Assembly: GCA_963813025.1 (NCBI GenBank)
Contig: CAWEXO010000005.1
Location: 224,001-288,000, forward strand
Reading direction: 5' to 3'
DNA length: 64,000 nucleotides
DNA from: an uncultured Verrucomicrobiae bacterium
Lineage (GTDB): Bacteria; Verrucomicrobiota; Verrucomicrobiia; Chthoniobacterales; JAFAMB01
This document shows positions 10,775 through 20,620 of this stretch, one piece after another. The notes beneath the pieces are model-generated. The model had not been told where the DNA came from, ran no database searches, and was given only the letters and a program-made list of their open reading frames with translations. Numbering within the stretch: the stretch's first letter is position 1; each line of letters opens with the position of its first letter. The position numbers and the translations under genes are program-made.

Positions 10775-11845
10775 CTACTTCTTAGCCGGGCGCGGCATCG
10801 GCGTCACCCCGACCTGCTCCTCCGCCGTATACGGCGCTCCATAATACGGGAAATCCTTGCGAATGCGCCCGCGGTCGGGAGCAAGTCCATCGACAATTGG
10901 CGTGTTGGTCGCGAGCGTCAACATCACATCCATCGCATCGTCGCCGAGCGCGCGTCCATTGAAGCTAGCCACCTCAAATGCGGCGCACGTTCCAAGCTCG
11001 TAAGGCAACGTGTCGGGACAAAGCCGTGCAGCGATCCGCTTCCCGTATTCATCCGGGTCCGTCGCCGAACCGGCATAGGTCGTCATCTTCTCGGCAAAAT
11101 CCGCGATCGACTTCGCGAAGCGCTCCAGATCTTCAGAGGGAACCGACGCATTGAATTGTTCTTTCACCTCTTGATCGCTCGGATCGTTCAGGAAGAGATG
11201 CGTAACCATAGGCAGGCCCCAACGCGAGACTTGTACCTCCGGCGCATGGCCAAAGAGGGAGATCGTCGCCCATGCGTTGATTTTTCCCTGCCCAATCAGT
11301 TCGCTCGGCAGCTCCAGCACAATCGCCGTGACATTCCGGCCCGCAAAAGGATTCTGCTGATGCAGAAGGGCGTCCCCATCGTAGCGCTGGTCCTTATAGA
11401 AAGCAGTCATAAATGTGCGGAATCCAGCATTTGCCGCAAATAGCTCTGGAGCAATCCCAACATAGGCACGAAGATCCGAACCAGTCGCGACCGAACCGGT
11501 TTCACCCTCAACCAGACTCTCTCCGGCGTCACCACGAAGAGCATCGTCACCCGTCGCCTTCCGCACCACAAACGACTGAATGTGAGTATCCTCACTGCCA
11601 TCTCCGTGTCGTGGTTCACCAAACCTGAACTTGAACGTAACCTCTTCCCTCGCATCTCCGTTCAGGTCGAACCGGAACGCATAGAGCCCTTCTCGATGAA
11701 GCGTATCCGGAGCCGATAATCCCACATCCGGATTCACGGTCATCGCCATTACCGTCTTGCCCGGGGGGCCGTCAAACAAGTAAAAGTCGCAGAGGTTGAG
11801 GCTCGGATCTTCCTTCGCCAGTTTGGTATCGAAATGATGGGACAT
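10775..11845 (-). CDS. DUF4331-family protein
   Basis: Likely start MSHHFDT...D.YLF at 11845; NPFAGRNVTAIVLE; NGRALGDD; C-terminal FPY. Confidence 0.75.
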   Translation of the reverse strand: MSHHFDTKLAKEDPSLNLCDFYLFDGPPGKTVMAMTVNPDVGLSAPDTLHREGLYAFRFDLNGDAREEVTFKFRFGEPRHGDGSEDTHIQSFVVRKATGDDALRGDAGESLVEGETGSVATGSDLRAYVGIAPELFAANAGFRTFMTAFYKDQRYDGDALLHQQNPFAGRNVTAIVLELPSELIGQGKINAWATISLFGHAPEVQVSRWGLPMVTHLFLNDPSDQEVKEQFNASVPSEDLERFAKSIADFAEKMTTYAGSATDPDEYGKRIAARLCPDTLPYELGTCAAFEVASFNGRALGDDAMDVMLTLATNTPIVDGLAPDRGRIRKDFPYYGAPYTAEEQVGVTPMPRPAKK

Positions 11846-11943
11846 ACAGAATCTCCTTGAAAAGCATTTCGCTATGGTGGAGTGCGGGATTTTTGACTTT
11901 TCTCTCGAGGGATAGACGCTGAGTAAGCTGCTACCGCCAGCTT

Positions 11944-12699
11944 CTAAAGCCCCCAACCGCCGTCTATGGGCAGAGCAACCCCCGTAAGGAATGCTGCTTC
12001 TGGGGAACAAAGGTAAAGAACAGCCGCCGCTACTTCTTCCGATGTACCGAACCGGCCCACCGGGTGGAGTTCGAGCAGGGCGCGACGCGTCTCTTCATCG
12101 CTCCGCAATTTCCCGCTCATATCGGTTTCAATAATGGCTGCGCATACTGCGTTCACTCGAAGACCTTTTGGAGCAAATTCGAGCGCGACCGATTTCGTGA
12201 GAGCGATAACAGCAGCTTTACTAGCGCTGTAGATGGGCGAACCAGCCCGTGGGCGCAGCCCGAGTATCGAGGCGTTGTTCACGATTGCGCCGCCGCCGGA
12301 TTGGAGGATTGCCGGGATCTGATGTTTCATGCAGAAAAAGACACTGCGAACATTGATGTTCATGATCTGATCGTAAATCTCCTCGGTAGCGGTGATGGTG
12401 CCACGCCCTTCTCCGTCGACTCCTGCATTATTAAACGCAAAATCCAGCCTACCGAAATGTTCTAAGGCCCGAGCCACCAACGCGGCAATCTCCGATTCGA
12501 TATTCACATCAGTGCGCACAAACACCCCGTTTCCACCTGCTTTTTGAATGAGCGCAACCGATTCAGCTCCTTCGGCTTCGCGCCGGCCCGCGACAACGAC
12601 GTTCGCGCCACGTTCCGCAAACGCGATCGCGGTGGCCCGGCCGATGCCGGAGGTTCCTCCGGTGATTAGGATCACTTTTTCGGTAAATGGTGTGTTCAT
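11944..12699 (-). CDS. SDR-family oxidoreductase
   Basis: TGGTSGIG, FNNAG, catalytic YSASK. Confidence 0.9.
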   Translation of the reverse strand: MNTPFTEKVILITGGTSGIGRATAIAFAERGANVVVAGRREAEGAESVALIQKAGGNGVFVRTDVNIESEIAALVARALEHFGRLDFAFNNAGVDGEGRGTITATEEIYDQIMNINVRSVFFCMKHQIPAILQSGGGAIVNNASILGLRPRAGSPIYSASKAAVIALTKSVALEFAPKGLRVNAVCAAIIETDMSGKLRSDEETRRALLELHPVGRFGTSEEVAAAVLYLCSPEAAFLTGVALPIDGGWGL

Positions 12700-12928
12700 C
12701 GTGATGGTGCCTTGTTATGAGTCATTGATGGTCGATGAGGATAGCGTGCTAAGGGGTTGTCAGTTGTAATTGTTTGCTTGGTAGGAACAACTACCCCAGA
12801 GGTCCTAGTTGTTTATTGAGGCAACTGTTTGCCTGACTGCTCCGCCACCATATAAGCGGCATACCAGTCTGTCCAGTTCGCGTCGCGCTGGCCGACGCGC
12901 TTCTCGTGCTCGCCGTGGGAACCAAGAC

Positions 12929-13231
12929 ATGCTAACCGGCTTTCCCGCCGCGTACTTTGCCATCAAGGCGTTCTCAGAGACCGATATGACCGAGGACCTC
13001 AAACTAATCGACGTCCCCACGCTGATTCTGCACGGAGACGTTGACCAGATAGTTCCCATTGAGAATGCCCATCGCTCGGCCAAGCTCATCCCGAATGCGA
13101 CTCTCAAGGTGTACCCAGGAGCACCTCACGCCATTATCTCGACATCGAAGAGTCAGGTGAACGAAGACCTACTTACCTTCGTGAAAAGTCGATCAAAACC
13201 AAAACAAGGGAGGTTCGATATCACTTCCTGA
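12929..13231 (+). pseudogene. C-terminal fragment of an alpha/beta hydrolase (non-heme chloroperoxidase-like)
   Basis: [33 protein letters not shown]...YPGAPH. Confidence 0.75.
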
Positions 13232-13251
13232 TCAGAAGCTTTCCCGGCTAG

Positions 13252-13363
13252 TGTCGCACTGTACTTAAATCGTAGACTATTGCCGTTTACTGCACTTAAT
13301 TCGTGGACTGGAAGCCTGTCCACTGGCTTAAATTCTTGGAAAAACTGTACTTAAATCGTAGAC
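13252..13363. mobile_element. Tn7/Tn5053-like transposon end with four transposase-binding repeats
   Basis: Terminal TGT at 13252. Repeats ACTGTACTTAAATCGTAGAC at 13258 and 13344, with variants at 13289 and 13322. It lies immediately downstream of tniQ. Confidence 0.75.
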
Positions 13364-14313
13364 AGCCCCGATTCCCTGGAATTTAGCCGGCGGGCAAGGA
13401 TGATCATCAGCAAAAAGCGCCAGTACCAGGACATCGCTTCCATTCGCGTCCCCGGCCGCTGCCGTCCGAAAAGGTAACGACGCAAGTGCGGATCGGCATC
13501 GGCTATTCGACAGAAGAGCGGCAGCGGATCATTCGTTGCGGTCGTCATCGTCAGATGCTGCATCAAGAATCTAAGCCTCTCGGTGAACGCTTTGGCGCAA
13601 AGCCGTCCGGACCAGCGAGGATCAGGCGATTTCCCCAAAACCGCCGTCAAAATCGCGCTTTCTAAGTCGATTAGTTCCGCCACCATCGGCGAGGCCGGCG
13701 GCTCAGGATCGTATAAGAGCAGGGAAGAACCACACTTCCAGCAGGACGCGAGCTGCAACGACTTGTCTCTAACCGGAGGATTTGTGATCGCAAGTGGATC
13801 TTCTATGAAGCAGACGCCACAAGTCTCAAGCAGGGGCGTGCGGTGTCGCGCACAGTGTGTCTGGAACACGAATGCCCACTCACTGCGAATCCATACCGTC
13901 CGAGTTCTGCGGCTCATTTCCTGGATACAGATGGGACAAAATGCATACATCGCTCTCCCCTGTACAAATCGATGCGGAGAGCCCGGCTCCCAGTCTATCG
14001 ACCTCAGGATCCATTCCATCGGTAAGGTGGGAAACTGGTGCCGGAGCTCGAGCGCTTTAATTTCACGTTCGGTAACTCTCAAGAACTTCGCCAATGCAGA
14101 GCGGGCGCAGGGTGAGAGCTGCTCATCGATGAAAATGCCCCGGAGCGGAACTTCCGGGAAGCGGGCTTCAATCCCCCGCACTAGCTCGGCCAGCGTAAGG
14201 CCATTTGCGAAGGACACGCGCAGAAGCCAGGAAGAGATCAACTCTCCCGCGATCGGCCGAGGCGCAATCGGCAACACCTCTGGCACAAACGAGATGTGAC
14301 CGTGCATTGCCAT
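13351..14313 (-). CDS. tniQ: TniQ-family transposition protein
   Basis: P..GELISSWLLR N-terminus; zinc motifs FCPIC, W...C..H..PLLETC..C, CWKCG; follows tniB. Confidence 0.85.
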   Translation of the reverse strand: MAMHGHISFVPEVLPIAPRPIAGELISSWLLRVSFANGLTLAELVRGIEARFPEVPLRGIFIDEQLSPCARSALAKFLRVTEREIKALELRHQFPTLPMEWILRSIDWEPGSPHRFVQGRAMYAFCPICIQEMSRRTRTVWIRSEWAFVFQTHCARHRTPLLETCGVCFIEDPLAITNPPVRDKSLQLASCWKCGSSLLLYDPEPPASPMVAELIDLESAILTAVLGKSPDPRWSGRLCAKAFTERLRFLMQHLTMTTATNDPLPLFCRIADADPHLRRYLFGRQRPGTRMEAMSWYWRFLLMIILARRLNSRESGLSTI

Positions 14314-14317
14314 CCCC

Positions 14318-14998
14318 TTAGTTGGTACGTCGGCTCCTACGATCCGAGATAGAAACCAAGGTTTCCGTGGTCAAGTCGTCCGTGAGCATCTGCAAGTTGA
14401 TAAGTTCGTGTTCCTTTTCGATGGCTTGGATTGCGGCTGCTTCGAGCAAACGGCAGATTCGGACCGTCACGCCCTCGGTAAGCACCAGAACCCTGTTTCG
14501 GATCTTGGGATCGCGTAATTCTGAGGCTCGCCGCAGCGGTACGATCGCGGCGAAGCTGGCCAGCAGCTGAAGGAGCGCTGTATCGTCTTGCCAGGGCGGC
14601 AGTTCCCAAGCTTCAAACCGGTCCGCCAACTGCTGGTCAGTCATGAGAGCTTGTTTGGCTTCGTGAGTCCCGACACAAACCAGAGGAATGCGCAGGTCAT
14701 TGGCCAAAAAACGGATCGCGTTCAGAACGATCCGCTGTTCGCGGAACGTGCCAGCCAAAATGGAATGGATCTCATCGATAACGAACATACGCACTTCGAG
14801 CTGTCGCGCCGTGAGCCGAGTGCGTTGCCGTAAGGTCGTGACGCCTTGGTGCGATGGTAGAACAGCACCCATGCTAACCAGCAATTCTTCATAAAGGTCG
14901 CGCTCACTGGGAGCTGGCGGCATCTGAACGGCGACGATGGGCAGCCGCGTTCTCCCAGTGACGTCGTCAAAGCTTGATCGATGCTCGCGCAAAAACTT
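14318..14998 (-). pseudogene. tniB: TniB/TnsC-like AAA+ ATPase, 5'-truncated (Walker A lost)
   Basis: QMPPAP, Walker B FVIDEIHSILAG, FLANDLRIPLVCVGT, DQQLADRF; cut at the 83-bp Tn3-IR element. Confidence 0.85.
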
Positions 14999-15081
14999 GG
15001 GGTTTTGGGAACAATGGAACGAAGAGTCCGGCTGAGCCAATGGCTTAACCGGACTCTTCGTTCCATTGTTCCCGAAACCCC
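14999..15081. mobile_element. Minimal Tn3-derived inverted-repeat element (two 38-bp IRs and a 7-bp spacer)
   Basis: GGGGTTTTGGGAACAATGGAACGAAGAGTCCGGCTGAG, then CCAATGG, then the inverted copy (35/38 identical). Flanks are AACTT and GACTT. Confidence 0.8.
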
Positions 15082-15091
15082 GACTTCTTTG

Positions 15092-15430
15092 TCATCGATG
15101 CTCCCCAAGCCCTGGGCCTTCGCGTGCGGTGAGTAAGGCTTCCAACTCGGCGATGCGGGCCTTCAGCGGCGCGGCATGCTTTTCCATCTCGGCGGCGGTG
15201 AAGCGCGGGGTGATGTATTGAGGGCAGTTCCAGTCGTACGAAATGACTTGGATGAGGAACAACCGCTGCACCTTGCTGCGGAGTGATTCGGGGGCGAGCT
15301 GATCGGCCAGCTCAGAATGCTCGCGGACGTCGAGCACGCGGGCGTGGCCGGGCAGTTTGACCGGCTGCGGTGCGGGTAGTCCATCATGAAGAGGGCAACC
15401 CGATCGGTGGTGCCAAGATTGCCCGTCGCG
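15092..15430 (-). pseudogene. Fragment of a pyridoxamine 5'-phosphate oxidase-like protein
   Basis: GNLGTTDRVALFMMDYPHR...; DWNCPQYITPRFT; frameshifted. Confidence 0.7.
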
Positions 15431-15908
15431 TCGAGGAAGGTTGGCTCTTTGGCAAGTTCATCGAAGAGCACCCCCACGGCTTCCAGCAACTCCTCACGGC
15501 CCCCGTGCTACACCCTGACGAAGACGTTCAGTGCTAACATGTCCAAAATTTGCTCGTTTTCGAAACATTTGGCACGCTCAAAAAGAGATCGTTATGCCGG
15601 CGTCAACAAGCAGGTTACCGTCGGAACCCGTGAGGACAGCGATATTTCCGCCGGAACCTCTAAGGAGGCTGATGCCCCCGCGAACGTTCTGAAGGTGATC
15701 TGGGCAGTGGCGGCGGATCCACGGATAACGGTGACCGGACTGGGCCCTCGGTGAATAGAGTCGGTGAGTTATACATTGTCAGCCCTTGCGGCGCTCGGAA
15801 TCAGAGGTAAGGCCGTCTAATCTAAGCATCGGGCATATCTTCGAAAGCCTATTATCGACGCGCTTCTCTGGAGTGGCGATTCGGGCGTTGCTGAATGAAA
15901 TTTCACAG

Positions 15909-16073
15909 GTTCTCATTAATGTGGTCGGGAGCGGATGTAATCGGTCTGTTCTCAAATAATGTGGTTTCATTCTCACGTAATCTGGTTCTGAGCTGCCTTT
16001 CGTTCTCACTTAATGTGGTTTGAAAACAGCGGATGTTCTCGGTTCGAGCCGTTTATGTTCTCAGGTCGCTACA
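15909..16073. mobile_element. DDE transposon end (…GCTACA) with reiterated TTCTCA-N-TAATGTGG sites
   Basis: Four imperfect repeats at about 15910, 15949, 15970 and 16003, then terminal GTTCTCAGGTCGCTACA. A homologous array lies at 35704-35868. Confidence 0.65.
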
Positions 16074-16137
16074 CGTATGGATGACGATCAGCTTAGACAG
16101 AGGCTGGCATCGAACGCGAGAGTGAGGGGACAGGTCA

Positions 16138-16750
16138 TCGGATTCTACAACGACGTTATCTTCCCAAGACTCTGCCATCTTGTGATGCGTAGTCGGCGCC
16201 TTGTACAGTATCGAGAGAGGGTGATCGCCTCGGCGGAAGGACGCGTTTTGGAGATCGGTATCGGATCGGGGCTGAACTTGCCGTTCTACGGGTCCCGGGT
16301 GCATGAAATAGTGGGCTGGAGCCAGCGCCGCGGCTCATCGCGATGGCCCGGCAAGCCGCAGAACGCATACCTATGCCCGTAGCGTTCATCGAAGAATCCG
16401 CTGCGGCCATCCCACTGGAAGGCAACACGATTGAAACCGTGGTCATGACCTGGACGCTCTGCTCTATTCCTCAAGCTGATCGCGCGCTCAGCGAGATGCG
16501 TCGCGTGCTCAAGCCAAACGGCCGGCTATTGTTCGTCGAGCATGGATTAGCGCCGGACAGCGGCGTGCGAAGATGGCAGGACTGGTTGACGCCGGTATGG
16601 AAGCGTATCAGCGGAGGATGTCATTTGAATCGTCCAATCCGGACAATGATCGAAAGCGCCGGCTTCCGCCTCGACCAGTTGGAGACTGCCTATATGCCAG
16701 GTCCAAAACCGTGGTCCTTCATATACGTGGGAAGCGCCCGATCGGCCTGA
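16138..16750 (+). pseudogene. Class I SAM-dependent methyltransferase, frameshifted
   Basis: VLEIGIGSGLNLPFY then TWTLCSIP...VLKPNG.LLFVEHG...GGCHLNR; 1-nt shift at the GGG run near 16314. Confidence 0.8.
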
Positions 16751-18340
16751 CAGAACCAATCTCCGATACACGGCACAGTTTTGCGGTGAACACCGGCAAG
16801 TGAGCCTTGGGAAATTTGAACTCTGCGCCGCTGCCCTGACCTTGCGCGTGAGGTCCACAGCAGTAGCAAGGTTGCCGCTGCCCTACATTCTAATCCCACC
16901 AAGCCCGCTGGCCTTGCCTTCAGAATATTCAAGTGGTATCGATTATATGGATGCCAAGCTCTTTGCCGATTTGGTCCGTAACTAGCTCGTATTGAGGACA
17001 TTGTCTATTTTATATGATATCTATTGTCTGATGTTATGATTACAGTATAATAATATGTTGTGTAATACTACTGAACGTCAATCTTTTTTTCTATTTCCTG
17101 CCTCGCGCTGCCTGAAGGTCACTCTCCCGGTTATGAAATCTCGATGAAGCGGTCCTCCAAATCTCCAATTGGATCCGCCGGATGCTTTCTGGCCAAAAGT
17201 GATATCAAACCAACTACCGCTCGCGAAGCCGGCGCCGATGGATTGCGCAGTGCCAGAGCTCGGAGTCCGTCGCGTCTCCGTGTCGAGACTGATCGCTTGC
17301 TGACTTCGAAACCTGAAACAGGAGCCGGCCTATGTTCGATATTGAAGCAACTGTGACTGTAGCCACTCCGAAATGAATTGAAGCTGACAGTCGATTGGCC
17401 CATCCGTTGGCTGGAAGCAGCCGGAGGCTTCAAGATTCAACGCAAGGTGGTACTAAATTAGATATTGCCAGAGTTCGACGGAACCGTTAAACGCTTGGAA
17501 ATTGCAGGCAATCGAGCACGTTGGCCGAATCTTTGTGTAGGCGACCACGTAATAGTGCGCTGTTTTACCGAGGGCCAATAAGGGATCGACGCCAGGCGCG
17601 TCACTGCGCGATCCAAAGGGGCACCCGGACTGGTGGAAATCAAACAGGCGACTGGCCGTTCGATCGTCCGCGTGACCCCGTCGGGTCTCGCATTTCTTAG
17701 GGAACGGAGGCCGAGCTCCTATGAAGAGCTGTCGACGGTGCGCGAGCGCTAGCGCCAAGCGGAAAGGGCATCGACGCGTTTCTGAACGGATCCGCGCAGT
17801 CAACTTCGCCTCGTGCGCTTATAAGTACCCATAAGCTCAAGCCTCGGCAAGGATATGGCCTTCCATGGTGCGGAGCAGGTCCCGCTTGGTCGCGCAGTAG
17901 AAGGTATTTCAGTCTTCTAAACGGACTACGAAACTCGGAAAAGAAATAGTGCCGCGGTAGGAAGCCCGCCGCGCTACGCTCCGTCAGGAACCCTGCTTGC
18001 GGATGTGAGAATCCAGAAGAACGCGTTCATAAGATAATCCGCCCAACAATTGGCAACAGTCATCTCCCAATCTACTCGTGTCATGTCGTTGACGCTTACT
18101 GTGGTCGGGTACTCGGGAACGCTGGGGTAATCATCGTGCCGTGAGACGCCGCCTGCATCCAAGTACTCGTCGTGGGTAATTCCAGCTGCACATTGGCTTG
18201 GTCGTTGAACTCGAAATACGAAGAAAGCGACAACTGCACGATCGTTGAGGTTGGCGGTAGTTCGTAGAGATGAGCGATAACTGAGTCAAGCGCTTGAAAA
18301 ATCTTCTTCCCAGTGACGCTATCAATGCTATCATTTCGGC

Positions 18341-18574
18341 ATGGCACAGTTACTCGTCCGAGAGCTTGAAGAAGAAGTGGTGCAGGCGCTCCGGCTAAGG
18401 GCAGCGGCAGAAGGCACTTCCGTCGAGGAGGCTCACCGCCGCGTCCTGCGAAGTGTCTTACTATCCAAGAAACCGCGCAAGACCTTCAAAGAAGCACTCC
18501 TTGAAATGCCGGATGATGGAGACAACTCCATTTTTGAACGGGTTAGAAGAAAACCTCGCAAAGTCGTTGTTTGA
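18341..18574 (+). CDS. FitA-like ribbon-helix-helix antitoxin
   Basis: MAQLLVRELEEEVVQALRLRAA...SVEEAHRRVL; TGATG overlap with a PIN toxin gene. Confidence 0.8.
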   Translation: MAQLLVRELEEEVVQALRLRAAAEGTSVEEAHRRVLRSVLLSKKPRKTFKEALLEMPDDGDNSIFERVRRKPRKVVV

Positions 18575-18987
18575 TGCCCTTTCTTCTCGACACGAATATC
18601 TTGTCTGAACTACGCAAACACCGCCTAGCTGACCCGAAGGTCCAGGCGTGGTACAGTGCCGTCCCCGATTCTGAACTCTTTACCAGCGTTTTGGTGATCG
18701 GTGAGATTCGGCGCGGAATCGAATTAAAGCGGCCAACAAATCCCGCCTTCGTGGCAAAACTCGAACGTTGGCTCCAGTGGATCCAGTACGACTTCCAAGA
18801 CAAAATCCTCCCGGTCACCCAGGAAATCGCGGAAGTCTGGGGAGCGCTGTCTCTGACCCGACCCCTGGCCGAACCGGACGGACTGATAGCTGCAACCGCG
18901 ATACATCATAGCCTCACCCTTGTCACTCGGAATGTCCGAGATGTCCAGCGAAGCGGTGTCACAATCCTAAACCCGTGGGAGGCTTGA
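18574..18987 (+). CDS. vapC: VapC/FitB PIN-domain toxin
   Basis: LLDTNILSE, GEIRRG, DGLIAATA, LVTRN..D, NPW. Confidence 0.9.
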   Translation: MPFLLDTNILSELRKHRLADPKVQAWYSAVPDSELFTSVLVIGEIRRGIELKRPTNPAFVAKLERWLQWIQYDFQDKILPVTQEIAEVWGALSLTRPLAEPDGLIAATAIHHSLTLVTRNVRDVQRSGVTILNPWEA

Positions 18988-19556
18988 CAACAAGTTGGAG
19001 CACCCGGGGTGCGAACAATCATCTCTCACCGATCAGGTTTTGCCTCCGGCTTGGCTGCTCTGTGAAACTTTCGGCTAGCTCCAGCCATCGCCAAACGCTA
19101 GATGGACCTCGAATCGGGCACCCAAAAATCCGATAGAGTCGCCGGCGTGAAGCGCGTGCTCCCCGTACCGCTGGTCGGAAGGTTGGAAAGCCTATCGAGT
19201 CAGCGCTAACCAAGCTCCAGGATTCTCCAGTTGCATTCTCCAGAGCTGGAACATTGCAAGCGCGCGACCGTTGGCCTGGGCCATTCCAAGTTTTTACGCC
19301 CCGGACATTACAAGTGCCAACGGGGCGAGTCAGAGCTCTTCTTGCAAGGCTCTTTTGGACCGTACGTCCCCAGCGTTTGGAGGGAGGTCGATGGCTTCTC
19401 TCCACAACTCCGGTTGAACAACAGCAGCCCCTGGCTCGTCCTGGCGGGTCGGGGGTCCAAATCCCCTAGAGTACAAGTTCTTCAGCGCGCAAGAGGGTTG
19501 TCCTTTCTGTAACTCGACCGCAAATCAGGGCGTCTGCATGCAAGGCCTAAAGAAGA

Positions 19557-19769
19557 TCAGCTATGATCATTATATTCGTGTCCGCAACCGTCTGTTTTGC
19601 ATTTTCCATAGGGCGGATACTCGTTTGTCGGATTAAATTTACTGCATGAGCAGAGAGTGCACGCCTGGAAGCCCGAATGAGGATGTTGAGCTTCATCAAG
19701 AGAGATGAGTTCAATCAACCCTACTTCCGACAGATCCAGCTCAGGTAAGTCAGTCATTGTTGTTTTCAT
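19557..19769 (-). CDS. Small Cys/His-rich hypothetical protein (70 aa)
   Basis: AGGA-preceded ATG; C-terminal CTLCSC...KCKTDGCGHEYNDH. Confidence 0.5.
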   Translation of the reverse strand: MKTTMTDLPELDLSEVGLIELISLDEAQHPHSGFQACTLCSCSKFNPTNEYPPYGKCKTDGCGHEYNDHS

Positions 19770-20009
19770 CCTGCTTATCCTGGCCAAAACATCGCGCCCG
19801 ATCAATGCTGAGGATGTTTCGAACGCAATACCAGAGGCGCTGATCAACGTCCAACGCCGGAATCTCGCCGTTATTCGGCTTCAGGCGCGTTAAGAGCTGC
19901 GATCAGTCGGTCAAATCGTTCCCTTAATAACCTGCAGAAGTATGCACGATCGACCTTTTCTGCGGCCAAAATTTGGCGAATCGCTTGCACAGTGACCGCG
20001 GATGACGCT

Positions 20010-20611
20010 CCAGCCAGCGACAGACCTTTTGGTGTTTGTGCGTCGAAGAGTTGTCCACGATAGATGAATGCTTAAGTCCGCAGCGATTTCGGAATCGAGT
20101 TTCTTCAAGAATTTGAGCCACTCATTATGCCGATGGCGTGGTGCCACTTGGCTTATGACTTTGCCACTGAGGTAATCGAGTGCGGCAAAAAGGGTCACAG
20201 TGCCATGCCGATAGTAATCGTGAGTGATCGTCCGGATATGGCCTTGGGCTAAGGGCAAACCGGGTTGGCTGCGCTGCAACGCCTGACACTGACTTTTTTC
20301 ATCGCAGCAGAGCACCACCGCATGGTCTGGCGGATTGAGATAGACCCCGATCACGTCCCAGAACTTGGCTTCGAATTGCTCGTCGCACGACAATTTGAAG
20401 ATCCGCGTCCGGTGCGGCCTAATGTCGTTGGTGGACCACACACGCTGAACGGTTGCCTTGGATACTCCCACATGCCTGGCCATCGAACGGGTACTCCACC
20501 GCCCCAAGGTCGCTGGCGGCCTGACGGCTTCACTCAAGATTCGGCCCTTGAGCGCCGGCTTAATGCGCTCTGGGCGCCCACTGCGGGCCAAGTCCGCCAA
20601 ACCTCCTATGC
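20010..20611 (-). pseudogene. IS630-family transposase remnant truncated by a Tn3 end
   Basis: RWSTRSMA, FKLS.D..F, CDEKSQCQAL, YYRHGT; frameshifted. The 5' part is replaced by a Tn3 IR. Confidence 0.85.
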
Positions 20612-20620
20612 AGGGTACTA

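Noticed and set aside
15909..16073. Repeat arrays here, at 13258-13363 and at 35704-35868 as CRISPR arrays, or tniQ as part of a CAST
   Set aside because: The repeats are short, degenerate and irregularly spaced, end in TGT/ACA termini, and no cas gene is visible.
17000..17095. Very AT-rich stretch as a replication origin or defined regulatory site
   Set aside because: No iterons, rep gene or clear downstream gene. It may be a recombination site or promoter, but I cannot support a call.
17974..18300. Minus-strand protein-like text split over two frames
   Set aside because: Probably a gene fragment, but it has no start and no family that I recognise.
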